A stretch of 62,285 nucleotides of DNA, counting the filler. It is 6 parts of 6 records of this genome, joined end to end, with 100 filler letters (N's around TTAATTAATTAA, not from the genome) between each part and the next. Parts side by side here need not be neighbours in the genome. Positions count along the whole stretch, not along the records: positions 40,215 to 55,107 come from DRR723986_4019; 5 more parts are not named here. One strand, written 5' to 3'. Shown here piece by piece: positions 41,736 to 51,234 of this stretch. The number at the start of each line of letters is the position of its first letter. The first letter of the stretch is position 1. A program made the position numbers and the translations under genes. The notes below the pieces were generated by a model. It saw nothing but the letters and a program-made list of their open reading frames with translations, was not told the origin of the DNA and did no database searches.

Positions 41736-42482
41736 ATGAATGCCCCTCTTTTCCCCTCCGTCTCCCTGCTGCGCAAGGCTGTTCTGGCCGCTGGCCTCAG
41801 TGCCGCGCTCGTGAGCGCCGCACCGGCTGTCGCGCAGGATTCCCCGGCGCCGGCCGGCACGATCACCATGCAGGGCCGCGGTGCAGTTTCCGTTGCCCCC
41901 GACATGGCCGTCATTTCCGCAAGCGTCGTCACCACCGGCAAATCCACTGCAGATGTTCTGGCTGAAAACAGCGCCGCAATCGCCAAGGTCATTGAAGCGG
42001 TGAAAGCAAACGGCATCGAAGCCAAGGACATCCAGACCAAGGGGTTCGGCATCTACCCGCGCTACGATCACTCCAAGAACTCCAGCAGCCAGCCGGATAT
42101 TGCCGGTTATGAGGTTCGCAATGGTGTTGAGGTCAAGATCCGCGATCTGGCCAAGCTTGGCGGGCTGTTGACGCTTGTCGTCGAAAGCGGTGCAAACTCG
42201 GTCGATTCCATCCGCTTTGAAGTCAGCAATGCTGACGAGATACTGGATGAAGCCCGCAAGAAGGCCGTCGAGGACGCTCGGCACAAGGCAGGCATCTTTG
42301 CTGCCGCTGCCGGTGTCGATCTCGGCGCCATTGCCGACATCACGGAAACCGGCACCGAAATGCCGCGCCCCTACATGATGCGCGCCGAGGGCATGATGAT
42401 GGCCAAATCCGCCGATGTGCCGATCGAGGCGGGCGAAGAAACCATCAGCGCGAATGTCACCATCCGCTGGACGCTGAAGTAA
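41736..42482 (+). CDS. SIMPL domain (DUF541/BP26-like) periplasmic protein
   Basis: Signal peptide; GRGAVSVAPDMA, GIEAKDIQT, GANSVDSIRF, AVEDARHKA. Confidence 0.9.
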   Translation: MNAPLFPSVSLLRKAVLAAGLSAALVSAAPAVAQDSPAPAGTITMQGRGAVSVAPDMAVISASVVTTGKSTADVLAENSAAIAKVIEAVKANGIEAKDIQTKGFGIYPRYDHSKNSSSQPDIAGYEVRNGVEVKIRDLAKLGGLLTLVVESGANSVDSIRFEVSNADEILDEARKKAVEDARHKAGIFAAAAGVDLGAIADITETGTEMPRPYMMRAEGMMMAKSADVPIEAGEETISANVTIRWTLK

Positions 42483-42497
42483 CCACGCGCGGGAAAC

Positions 42498-42538
42498 AAA
42501 AAAACCGGGGCCTGGTTTCCAGGCCCCGGTTTTCTTTT
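42498..42538. terminator. Bidirectional terminator
   Basis: AAAACCGGGGCCTGG-ttt-CCAGGCCCCGGTTTT. Confidence 0.85.
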
Positions 42539-42579
42539 GTCCAAAACCTCGTTCACCGGTCAGCGGCTGCCGGGTTCCC

Positions 42580-43167
42580 TCAAAGGTTCCGGTGCCAAAC
42601 CTGCATCGGCTTGTCGGTTTCTTCGTTCTCGCCGACATCGCGCCAGGGAAACGTCACGACGACACCCTCCAGCTTTTCGTAACCGCGTTTGCGCCAGAAC
42701 GGATCGAGCGGGGCGTAGTCCGCCGGCTTCAGCGGGTGCGTGTCCGGGCGGATCACCGCACAGAAGGCTGCTTCACCGAAACCGAGCCGCCTGGCGTGCG
42801 CTTCGCGCTCGTCAAAAAAGCGATGACCGATGCCCTGGCCACGGTAGACAGGATCCAGAACGGATTCGGCCATGTAGAAGACGTTTTCCGGATCCAGTCC
42901 CTGCTTGAGGAAAGGGGTCTTGAAAGCCTCCAGTTCGGCACCGAGCGGCTCACCTGTCGCCGCGCCAACCAGCCGGCTGCCGTCATATGCACCGACAATC
43001 ACCGCCCCCTCCGTCCGGGCATAGCGTTGCAGGTATCCGGCCTCGTACTCCAGAGACCCCTCATAGAGATATGGCCAGCTGCGGAAGACGGATATCCTCA
43101 GGCGCGCAAGATCGTTCAGCGCAGCTGTCAACTCCTCGCCCGTCAGCGTTCTGATCTCAGCTGGCAT
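42580..43167 (-). CDS. GNAT family N-acetyltransferase
   Basis: ESVLDPVYRGQGIG acetyl-CoA motif; FWRKRGY. Confidence 0.88.
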   Translation of the reverse strand: MPAEIRTLTGEELTAALNDLARLRISVFRSWPYLYEGSLEYEAGYLQRYARTEGAVIVGAYDGSRLVGAATGEPLGAELEAFKTPFLKQGLDPENVFYMAESVLDPVYRGQGIGHRFFDEREAHARRLGFGEAAFCAVIRPDTHPLKPADYAPLDPFWRKRGYEKLEGVVVTFPWRDVGENEETDKPMQVWHRNL

Positions 43168-43343
43168 GATGCCTCCCGTCCTTCAAAAGCCGCCTGACCG
43201 CTGGGCACAGGTCCGTTTGTTTCAATTGTCGCAAAACCGCCTGGACCTGTTACCAAATAGTACAAATCCCCGATACCTCTGCCTGCCCTGGCGTGGCACT
43301 AATATTTGGCATTTCTTTTCTTTGCGAGGAGCCAAAGCGCGCC

Positions 43344-43844
43344 ATGTCCACGACACAGCCAGCGTCCTACAGTCCGATCCATATCATTCTGCACTGGGTG
43401 ATCGCCGCCCTGATCCTGTTTCAGCTGATCTTCGGCGAAAGCATGGGCGATCTGAAGCACGTGCTGCGCGACGGCGGCGTGCCGGATACGGCAACCGCCT
43501 TTCTGGCAAATGCCCACATCTGGGTTGGCATTGCCGTTCTGGCCTTGACTGTCATCCGTCTTCTGGTGCGGGCAAAATTCGGCGTCCCTGCCCCGCTCCC
43601 CACTTCAAGAGTCCAGGAACTGGCCGCCAGGGGTGTCCACGGCCTGCTCTATCTGCTGATGTTGCTGGCACCGATCACCGGACTTCTGGCCTGGTACGGC
43701 GGCATCCACACTGCGGAAGAAATCCACGAATTGAGCAAGCCGTTCTTCATCGTGCTGATCGCACTGCATGTGCTGGGAGCGCTCTACCATCATATTGCCC
43801 TGAAGGATGGCATCATGATGCGGATGGTCTCTTCCCGGCACTAG
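43344..43844 (+). CDS. Cytochrome b561 (YceJ-like)
   Basis: Four TMs with His ligands: ILHWVIA, AHIWVG, VHGLLY, EIHE, LHVLGALYHH. Confidence 0.9.
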   Translation: MSTTQPASYSPIHIILHWVIAALILFQLIFGESMGDLKHVLRDGGVPDTATAFLANAHIWVGIAVLALTVIRLLVRAKFGVPAPLPTSRVQELAARGVHGLLYLLMLLAPITGLLAWYGGIHTAEEIHELSKPFFIVLIALHVLGALYHHIALKDGIMMRMVSSRH

Positions 43845-43855
43845 CCGAAACAGAA

Positions 43856-43895
43856 AAGACTCCGGCAATCTCGCAAGCCGGAGCCTTCTTTTTTT
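43856..43895. terminator. Terminator between convergent genes
   Basis: CTCCGGC...GCCGGAG followed by a T run. Confidence 0.7.
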
Positions 43896-43907
43896 GCGGC
43901 AGATGAC

Positions 43908-45005
43908 TTAATCGCGTGCTTCCAGCCACACACGCGCAGCGTCCATGTCGTTGCCGGTAAAGCCTTCCGCCAGTTTCTGCCCCACGACGGCGCCAAACTT
44001 GTAGCCATGTCCGGAACAGGCCGAGACGACAGTGGTCTTGCCTTCGCTCATTGCGAAGAAATGTTCATCGGAGGTGAAGGTGTAGGCACAGGTGACGACG
44101 TCATCGACGCGGTATTCCTTGATCCGGCCGAACGGCGGAGAGAAGTAGTCGCGCAGGGTCTCGCCTTCGCCTGCAACCGGTATCCGATCCTGGTTCGGCG
44201 GAGCCTTGTACTTGTGAATACCCGCCCCGAACTTGAGGCCGGTTCCGGCGACCGGAGGCAGGATGTAACCGTCGATCGGCCCGCCCGGATCGAGAATCGC
44301 CGGCGATCGTTCCCAGGCCTCGCGCAGATCTTCAGGCGGCGTCAGATAGACAACCGCGGTCCGGTAGGTCGTCAGGCTGATGTCCAGCTTCGGGAAGAGC
44401 CCCAGCGTCCAGGCACCGGCCGTCACGATCACATGCTCTCCGGAAACCGTGCTGCCATCGGCAAGGGTCACCGTGCCTGCGGATGTGTCGACGGCAGTCA
44501 CCTGAGCGTTTTCGCGAACATCAGCTCCCTTGGCGATCAGCCAGTCGCGCACCCCGGCGGCAATTTTCTGGCACAGCAGAACGCCGCCCTCATCGCTGAC
44601 AGCGCCATAACGGATCGTCGCCGGATCAACGAAGGGAAACCGTTTCGCCGTTTCTTCCGGTGTCAGGTCCTCGAACGGATAACCGCCCTCGACCAGACCG
44701 TCCCGATAGACCTCGCCGCCATCGCCCGGTTCCTGAGACAACAGCATGAATCCCGTTTCGGCGAGGTGCTTCTCACCCAGGTCGTCCCACATTTCGTCCC
44801 ATGCCGCGTAAGCATCGCCGATGCGGCGCTGATAACCGCCCTGGCCGCCATAGGCCCGGCGGATGATACGGTGCTGGTCACCGGATGCCGAAAGCGGGTT
44901 GGGGATTGGCCCCTGCTCCAGAAGCGTGACGGGCACACCTCGTTTTGTCAGGGCCCAAGCGGTGGAAAGTCCGGAAATACCGGCTCCAACAATCACAACT
45001 GTCAT
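43908..45005 (-). CDS. FAD-dependent amine oxidase (monomeric sarcosine oxidase/DAO-like)
   Basis: VGAGISG, RIIRRAYG, TAGAW, CAYT (position of the MSOX flavinylated Cys), SACSGHGYKF. Confidence 0.85.
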   Translation of the reverse strand: MTVVIVGAGISGLSTAWALTKRGVPVTLLEQGPIPNPLSASGDQHRIIRRAYGGQGGYQRRIGDAYAAWDEMWDDLGEKHLAETGFMLLSQEPGDGGEVYRDGLVEGGYPFEDLTPEETAKRFPFVDPATIRYGAVSDEGGVLLCQKIAAGVRDWLIAKGADVRENAQVTAVDTSAGTVTLADGSTVSGEHVIVTAGAWTLGLFPKLDISLTTYRTAVVYLTPPEDLREAWERSPAILDPGGPIDGYILPPVAGTGLKFGAGIHKYKAPPNQDRIPVAGEGETLRDYFSPPFGRIKEYRVDDVVTCAYTFTSDEHFFAMSEGKTTVVSACSGHGYKFGAVVGQKLAEGFTGNDMDAARVWLEARD

Positions 45006-45184
45006 GAATTCTGTCCTGCGGAATGGAGGGCCAGATTATCTGCCTGTCCGGCGAGCGCAAGAGACGTTCTGACGCAAACCGCGCATGACGGTTATGTATT
45101 TTCGGTTGCCGTAAAGAGAGAAGCCGCTACGCTCCGTTCCGATAGGCTCAGGCCGATCGTGATCAGGGTGCGGGAGGACAAGCC

Positions 45185-45874
45185 GTGCTGGAAAATAACA
45201 TGTCGGAAGAACAGCCTCTGGCCAGCCGCCGCCTCGCCGAGTTCCCGGATTGGGGCTATCTTTTGCGGGAATTCTACGAGGCCTACCGGTTCCTCTCGTC
45301 CGGTGGCAGCGACAAGATTCGGGCCCATCAGCGCGCGGTGCGCGAGGCAATTGGGCGGGTGCTGAAATCCGATCCGGAAATGCGCTTCGATGCCCCGGCC
45401 CACAAACCCGTGACGGCACATCTCCGGCGTGCCCTTGACGAGGGCAAGCAGGAGCGGACCGCTCCGCTGGTGCGTGCCATCGAAAGTGTCCGGGACCATC
45501 TCATCTGGCAGTATGGCTACGAGAAAGTGCCGCGCGGCCTCGACAAGACGTATGCCTACGCGGAAATCTGCGGACCGAACGGACCGGTTCTGACGACGGA
45601 CGTCATTCTGGGCCTGGTCCTGTTCGCACCGGGCTGTACATATCCGGCTCACGCTCACAGCGGCATATCGGAAAGCTATATCTGCGTTTCAGGATCAGTT
45701 TCGGAAAATCACCAGGGGGTCTATGCCCCCGGGTCGATGATCTTCAACCCGCCGGAGCATATGCACCGGATCACCGTGTCCAAACTGGAGCCGGCACTTC
45801 TGGCCTGGGCCTGGATCGGCCCGCCGGAACGCCTCGCCAACCAGAAGATGGTCTTCAGCCGCAAGAAGGGGTGA
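45185..45874 (+). CDS. dddL: DMSP lyase, DddL family cupin
   Basis: PDWGYLLREF, GGSDKIRAH, KPVTAHL.RALD, WQYGYEKVP, YAYAEICGP.GP, LFAP..YPAHAH..I.ESY, HRIT, LLAWAW; collinear with DddL as I recall it. Confidence 0.9.
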   Translation: MLENNMSEEQPLASRRLAEFPDWGYLLREFYEAYRFLSSGGSDKIRAHQRAVREAIGRVLKSDPEMRFDAPAHKPVTAHLRRALDEGKQERTAPLVRAIESVRDHLIWQYGYEKVPRGLDKTYAYAEICGPNGPVLTTDVILGLVLFAPGCTYPAHAHSGISESYICVSGSVSENHQGVYAPGSMIFNPPEHMHRITVSKLEPALLAWAWIGPPERLANQKMVFSRKKG

Positions 45875-45896
45875 GAGACCTCTTCCCCAGGCGACG

Positions 45897-46721
45897 TCAG
45901 ACGATATCCCGTCGGATCGTGATCTCCGCCTTTTCCGGCCCGTCCGGCGAAAGCCAGACGGGTTCGGCAATCAGTTTTTCGCAGAAGATCCCCAGTTCGG
46001 GAAATGTCAGCCCCATGGAATGGGCCAGCGCGACCCGGTCACCCGGCTTCGGATTGAGCCCGCAGCAGATCTCCCGTGTGCCCATCTTCAGATGATGGGC
46101 AATGTCCCACTCCAGCACCACGCCCTGATGACGTGTCACCACCCAGCAGTGCATGTCGTCGCAACAGCCGTTCTTTTCTTGCGGGAAAAAGTATCCGGTC
46201 ACGTAACCGGCTTCGAAGCCGGCGGCACGCAGGCTGGCGATCAGGTAGGTGTTGATGTCGACGCAGGACCCTTCCGTCAGCCCGCACGACAGATAGGGCA
46301 CTTCTTCGCATCCCTCGTTGAAACGAACCTGAGGATGGGCATACCGGAACTTTTCGGCCGCCGCGTTGACGAGCGCCTGAATGGCGGCGTGACCGTCGGG
46401 CTGACTGTCGGCAATGTTGATCGCATCATAGACGAGATCTTGAGCCGCCCGGGTAAAACGGTTGCGCAGTGGCGCAAACACTGCATCAGGATAGCCCGGC
46501 CCTTCGTCGCGGTATTCGTAATTCACCACAACGTCTGCCCCGGGTTCCACCGTCACCACGGCCACCATCTGGCCGGTAGTGATTTCTCCGGCCAGGCCCA
46601 GCTGTCCGCCCTTGACCTCGAAACCGACCGGCATCTGGTGTGGCGTCGGCAAGCCGACCGGCACCAGCAGCTTGTGGCGAGCCTCATCCGCTCTGACCGT
46701 GACAGAAACGTTCGTGCGCAT
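45897..46721 (-). CDS. Cys-rich transglutaminase-like protein
   Basis: GSCVDINTYLIASLRAAGFEAGYVTGY (Cys), MHCWV (His), EWD (Asp); extra CC pairs. Confidence 0.82.
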   Translation of the reverse strand: MRTNVSVTVRADEARHKLLVPVGLPTPHQMPVGFEVKGGQLGLAGEITTGQMVAVVTVEPGADVVVNYEYRDEGPGYPDAVFAPLRNRFTRAAQDLVYDAINIADSQPDGHAAIQALVNAAAEKFRYAHPQVRFNEGCEEVPYLSCGLTEGSCVDINTYLIASLRAAGFEAGYVTGYFFPQEKNGCCDDMHCWVVTRHQGVVLEWDIAHHLKMGTREICCGLNPKPGDRVALAHSMGLTFPELGIFCEKLIAEPVWLSPDGPEKAEITIRRDIV

Positions 46722-46731
46722 TGTCACTCCC

Positions 46732-47841
46732 TCAAAAGATCAGCTGGAAAACAAGACCGGACAGCACCGCACCCGCAAATCCCAGTCCGATGTAAGCGGC
46801 AAAGACCTGCGGCCTGACCAGTGACCAGACGGCAGCCATTGCCGGGATCGAGCTGACAGCGCCTGCAATCATGAACGCCATCGCGGCCCCGGCGCTCATG
46901 CCCTGGTCCATCAGACCAGCCAGAAGTGGCGGCGCCACGTAGCTGTTGAGATAGGCAGGCATGCCGATCAATGCGGACAGAAGAATTGCCCCCAGCCCGT
47001 CGCCGCCAACAGCCCGCGCAATCAGGTCTGCGGGGACATAGGTGACGAGAGCTGCTTCCAGCACATACGCCAGTGCCAGCCACTTGATCAGAAACAGTGC
47101 ATTGGCTTTCAGTTCGATCCGGAACTTGTCGGTGCGCTCAGTCTCTTTCCAGATTTGCCAGACCGGCCGCCCTGTTTTCGCAGAAGCGCCACAGCCGCAG
47201 CCACCGGTCGCCGCCCCGATTTTCACCGGATTGGCCAGAAAGCCGCTACGCAGCGCAAGTGCGACGGAAAAACCGCCGAATAGACCCAGCGCCACCGCAA
47301 AGACCGCCTTGCCGACGGCAAAGGGCCATCCCAGTGCACCGGCAGTGATCAGCAATGTCGGCGGGTCAATCAAGGGAGAGGACAGCCAGAACGCCATGAT
47401 GGCCGACAACGGCGCACCAACCGCCAGAAGACCGGCAATGAACGGTATGACCTCGCAGGAGCAGAACGGTGCAAGACCACCAAACAGGGCCGCGAGAAAG
47501 ATCGCCTGTGTCTCGCGTCCCTCGAACGCACGTCCGACAAAAGCCTCTGCGCCGGCCGCCTTGAGCCAGGCGATCAAAACGACGGCAAAAGCAATATACG
47601 GCAATGTTCCCGCAAAGGCGGAGAGCGCGAAGGTTACGAAAGCGACGAAGTGCGGCTGGTCCAGCAACAGCACCAGCAACGGACCGCCGACGACAATCGT
47701 CCAGGTCGACAGAAGGTATTTCGAAATGGCGAGAGACTTCAGGGACCATTTCGAAGCAGGCGTGCTGCAGCAGGCGGTCTTCGGAGCGCAACAGCTTGCG
47801 CCGCTGCCGCTTGGCTGAAGGGTGTTCATCGCATCAGACAT
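46732..47841 (-). CDS. ArsP/DUF318 family permease
   Basis: PFCSCEVIP, AFWLSSPLIDP, LIGMPAY, GMSAGAAMAFMIAGAVSSIP; start overlaps the arsR stop. Confidence 0.85.
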   Translation of the reverse strand: MSDAMNTLQPSGSGASCCAPKTACCSTPASKWSLKSLAISKYLLSTWTIVVGGPLLVLLLDQPHFVAFVTFALSAFAGTLPYIAFAVVLIAWLKAAGAEAFVGRAFEGRETQAIFLAALFGGLAPFCSCEVIPFIAGLLAVGAPLSAIMAFWLSSPLIDPPTLLITAGALGWPFAVGKAVFAVALGLFGGFSVALALRSGFLANPVKIGAATGGCGCGASAKTGRPVWQIWKETERTDKFRIELKANALFLIKWLALAYVLEAALVTYVPADLIARAVGGDGLGAILLSALIGMPAYLNSYVAPPLLAGLMDQGMSAGAAMAFMIAGAVSSIPAMAAVWSLVRPQVFAAYIGLGFAGAVLSGLVFQLIF

Positions 47842-48166
47842 CGACGGTCTCCTTTGGCGGGGTTGGGCACTCACAACCCTTTTCGTCCACGCAGCACTCT
47901 TTCAGGATGTAACCGGCAAGGTTTTCCAGATGGCCATAGGCTGCCCGGTTGATGACCGAGCGGCCGTCCTTTTCCTGGGACACCAGGCCTGCCGACGCGA
48001 GAAACTTCAGATGATGCGCAAGCGTTGACGCAGGCATGCCCGTGCGGGTCTGAATATCGCCGACCGTCAAACCACCTTGCCCGGCTTTCACCAGGGTCAA
48101 CACCACCTGCAACCGGGCTTCCGAGCCCAGTGCCGCAAACCCTTGCGCTGCAATTTCCAGATCCAT
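47834..48166 (-). CDS. arsR: ArsR/SmtB family regulator with C-terminal vicinal cysteines
   Basis: FAALGSEARL, PASTLAHHLK.L..AGLV, GRS, C-terminal ECCVDEKGCEC. Confidence 0.88.
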   Translation of the reverse strand: MDLEIAAQGFAALGSEARLQVVLTLVKAGQGGLTVGDIQTRTGMPASTLAHHLKFLASAGLVSQEKDGRSVINRAAYGHLENLAGYILKECCVDEKGCECPTPPKETVDV

Positions 48167-48180
48167 CTGCGCCTCGTTTA

Positions 48181-48204
48181 ATATAACTATATTTCTAGTT
48201 ATAT
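48181..48204. promoter_or_regulatory. Perfect 9-6-9 inverted repeat, candidate ArsR operator
   Basis: ATATAACTA-tatttc-TAGTTATAT about 15 nt upstream of the arsR start. Confidence 0.7.
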
Positions 48205-48310
48205 AGTTTCTTTGGCGCTGTCAATTGCCCCCACAGGCTGAGCAGCCTCCGGATCAGGGGAGGAAACGAGAAGGTGGGTACAGAAGAAGAGCCTTGCTGG
48301 CGCTCGAACA

Positions 48311-48976
48311 TCAGGCAGCGACGAAACGCATTACCGTTTCGCAGACATCGCCCTTGAGGGAAACCTGACCGGATGCCGATTGCAATTCCGGACCAAACAG
48401 CATGGAGAAGGTCGTTGCATTGGAGACGTTGAAAAAGCTCATGGCCGAGATCAGCCAATGGATCCTCAAAGGCGTCAGGCCATCGCGGAAGACGCCTTCG
48501 GCCACCCCTTTTGCATAAATGCCGGCAATTTGGGAAATCGCCGCTTCGTTCAGGCTTTTGATCTCGTCCGACTGCTCGAGATAGCGGCCATGATGAATGT
48601 TTTCGATCATGACCAGACGGATGAACGCAGGGCTTTCGCGATGATGATCGAAAGTGAAGGCCACAAGCCTCGACAGTGCATCCCTTGGCGGCAAATGGTT
48701 CAGCTCCAGCTGTTCTTCGCCTTTGCGCACCTTCTTGTAGGCCGCTTCCAGAGCCTTGAGGTAGAGGCTCTCCTTGTCGCCGAAATAATAATAGATCATG
48801 CGCTTGGACGAGCGTGTCTTGGCCGCGATTTCATCCATGCGCGCACCGGAAAGACCGTTCGCGGAGAACTCCTCCAGGGCGACGGCCAGGATATTCGCAC
48901 GCACTCCCTCCGGGTCCTGCTTCCAGCGACCCCGTGAAGAATTTTTTTCCGGCAGCTCAGATTCATTGATCGACAT
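48311..48976 (-). CDS. TetR family regulator
   Basis: EFSANGLSGARMDEIAAKTRSSKRMIYYYFGDKESLY. Confidence 0.93.
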   Translation of the reverse strand: MSINESELPEKNSSRGRWKQDPEGVRANILAVALEEFSANGLSGARMDEIAAKTRSSKRMIYYYFGDKESLYLKALEAAYKKVRKGEEQLELNHLPPRDALSRLVAFTFDHHRESPAFIRLVMIENIHHGRYLEQSDEIKSLNEAAISQIAGIYAKGVAEGVFRDGLTPLRIHWLISAMSFFNVSNATTFSMLFGPELQSASGQVSLKGDVCETVMRFVAA

Positions 48977-49015
48977 GCCTTTTTCTAAACCAGCCCGGAC
49001 CGGGTTACCAGCCTA

Positions 49016-49067
49016 AATTAACCGGGCAGTACATTTCGCTTGACTGAATTAACTGGTTAGTACATTT
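49016..49067. promoter_or_regulatory. Two 21-nt direct repeats, candidate TetR operators
   Basis: AATTAACCGGGCAGTACATTT (49016-49036) and AATTAACTGGTTAGTACATTT (49047-49067), 18/21 identical, 31-nt period. Confidence 0.7.
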
Positions 49068-49147
49068 TGAAACTCAGGAGATGCGGTCTCCAGCCATACA
49101 GACCCCGACAACGGGGCTGCCAAATGAGGTTTCTGGGAGGAACCTGG

Positions 49148-50032
49148 GTGGAAGCAGCAAGCAACATCGTACTGGCCGGCCTGATCGGAAGGGGTATTAC
49201 CCGTTCCAGGACGCCGGAAATGCACATGGCCGAAGCAGCAGCACAGAGTCTGCGCGGCGTCTATCGCATTATCGATGTCGATACGCTTCCCGAGAACGAA
49301 CAGAACCTGAAAGCTATTGTGCACGCGGCCGAAGTGACTGGTTTCAACGGTCTCAACGTGACCTACCCGTTCAAGATGGAAGTTATCCCGCTGCTGGACC
49401 AGCTATCGCCCAACGCGGCGGCTGTCGGCTCGGTCAACACCATCGTGTTCCGGGATCGAAAGCGCATTGGCCACAACACCGACCTGTGGGGATTTGCCGA
49501 GAGTTTTCGCCAGAACATGATCGGCGTGTCCCTGAAGACGGTGCTTCTCATCGGCGCTGGTGGAGCCGGCGTTGCAGTTGCCCACGCGCTGGCGGATTGC
49601 GGTGTCCAGCACCTGAAGATCTTCGACGTCGACACCGTGCGCGTGGAGCAACTTGCCCGGCAGGTCCGCTCAAATCGTCAGGGACTGACCGTGGAACCGG
49701 TCACGACCGTTGATGCTGCAAGCTGCGCCAACCTGTCCGGCATCGTCAACGCAAGCCCGGTCGGCATGGCCAAGACACCAGGAACACCGTTCCCGCTCGC
49801 GCTGCTCAAGCCCGACATGTGGGTTGCGGACATCGTCTATTTCCCGCTCGAAACGGAACTCCTGGCTGGTGCGAGAAGGCTCGGCTGCCGGGTGCTCCCC
49901 GGGTCAGGCATGGCGGTGTTCCAGGCTGTACGGGCCTTTGAACTCTTTACCGGTCGGCGTGCCGATCCGGTCCGAATGAAGGCGACGTTCGACGCCTTCG
50001 ACGAAATGCCGCGGGAGACCGCGGACGCTTAA
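49148..50032 (+). CDS. Shikimate/quinate dehydrogenase (AroE superfamily)
   Basis: SRTPEMH, GLNVTYPFK, SVNT, GHNTD, GAGGAG, DIVYFP; GGAGG before GTG 49148. Confidence 0.92.
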   Translation: MEAASNIVLAGLIGRGITRSRTPEMHMAEAAAQSLRGVYRIIDVDTLPENEQNLKAIVHAAEVTGFNGLNVTYPFKMEVIPLLDQLSPNAAAVGSVNTIVFRDRKRIGHNTDLWGFAESFRQNMIGVSLKTVLLIGAGGAGVAVAHALADCGVQHLKIFDVDTVRVEQLARQVRSNRQGLTVEPVTTVDAASCANLSGIVNASPVGMAKTPGTPFPLALLKPDMWVADIVYFPLETELLAGARRLGCRVLPGSGMAVFQAVRAFELFTGRRADPVRMKATFDAFDEMPRETADA

Positions 50033-50105
50033 CCCCTTCCGGTTTCGCATCATCACGAAAGCGGAAATGGTCATTTTGAAAATGTTACGCAAACGGGAGG
50101 AAGTC

Positions 50106-51113
50106 ATGCGTTTCAAATTCTCATCCCTGGCAGCTACTGCCCTTCTCACAGTCGGCATCGCCGCCGCGGCCCAGGCTCAGACTATCCGTCTGGCCCATGT
50201 CGACCCGGACGAATGGACCGCCTCCAAGAAAGGTGCTGCCGCTCATATCTTCAAGAACATCGTTGAAGGCGAAACCGATCTGACGGTGGAACTGTTTCCG
50301 GCCGGTGCGCTGGGCAACGAAGACGAGCTGGTCGCCCAGGCCCAGGACAACCTGACCCAGGTCGTGCTGGTGTCCGGCGCCATGTCCAAGGCTTGCCCGG
50401 CCGCGTCCGTTCTGGACATTCCCTACACCTTCTCTTCGGCAACCATTGCCTGGGACGTGCTGGATGGTGACTTCGGTGATGCACTTGCCGAACACTGCCT
50501 TGCACAGACCGGCCTGCGCACGCTGGCTTATGGCGAAACCGGCTTCCGGAACTTCACCAATGGCACTCGCGAAATCCGGACGCCAGCGGACATGGAAGGC
50601 CTGAAGTTCCGAGTGCAGCCGATCCCGCTTTATGTGGAAATGGTGAAAGGCCTCGGCGGCGAGCCGACCCCGATCGCCTGGACCGAACTGCCCAACGCGC
50701 TTTCCACCGGTGTCGTTGACGGCCAGGAAAACCCGGTCGGCGTGATCTACAACAACGGTCTGCACAAGCTGCAGAAATACATGACCCTCGACGGCCACGT
50801 CTATGCCGCCGACTTCATCCTGATCTCCGACGAGTTCTACCAGTCGCTCACTCCGGCCCAGCAGGCCGTGGTTGCCCGTGCGGCGCGCATTGCCGGCAAC
50901 ATGGGCCGTTCCATCCAGCAGTGGAGCACGGCTGAAGGCGTCAACAAGGTTCAGGCAGAAGGCATGCAGGTCTATTCTCCGACCGCTGACGAAATCGCAG
51001 CCTTTGCCGAAAAGGCACAGCCGGCGGTTGTTGAATATCTGCGCGGCGAACTGGGTGAAGATGCGGTCTGGATCGACCGCCTGCAGGAATCCGTTGCTGC
51101 TGCGAGCCAGTAA
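50106..51113 (+). CDS. dctP: TRAP transporter substrate-binding protein
   Basis: Signal peptide; GETGFRN, GLKFRVQ, GVVDGQENP; hairpin after the stop. Confidence 0.93.
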   Translation: MRFKFSSLAATALLTVGIAAAAQAQTIRLAHVDPDEWTASKKGAAAHIFKNIVEGETDLTVELFPAGALGNEDELVAQAQDNLTQVVLVSGAMSKACPAASVLDIPYTFSSATIAWDVLDGDFGDALAEHCLAQTGLRTLAYGETGFRNFTNGTREIRTPADMEGLKFRVQPIPLYVEMVKGLGGEPTPIAWTELPNALSTGVVDGQENPVGVIYNNGLHKLQKYMTLDGHVYAADFILISDEFYQSLTPAQQAVVARAARIAGNMGRSIQQWSTAEGVNKVQAEGMQVYSPTADEIAAFAEKAQPAVVEYLRGELGEDAVWIDRLQESVAAASQ

Positions 51114-51234
51114 TCCGGTCAAGACCCCGGGCGGATTGCCGCCCGGGGTTCTGGAATGTTGGAAAAGATCAGCTTTTGGCTGTTCAATCAAAGGCAGTTG
51201 AATAGCCAAAAGCTGAACAAGCAGGACCTGGAAC

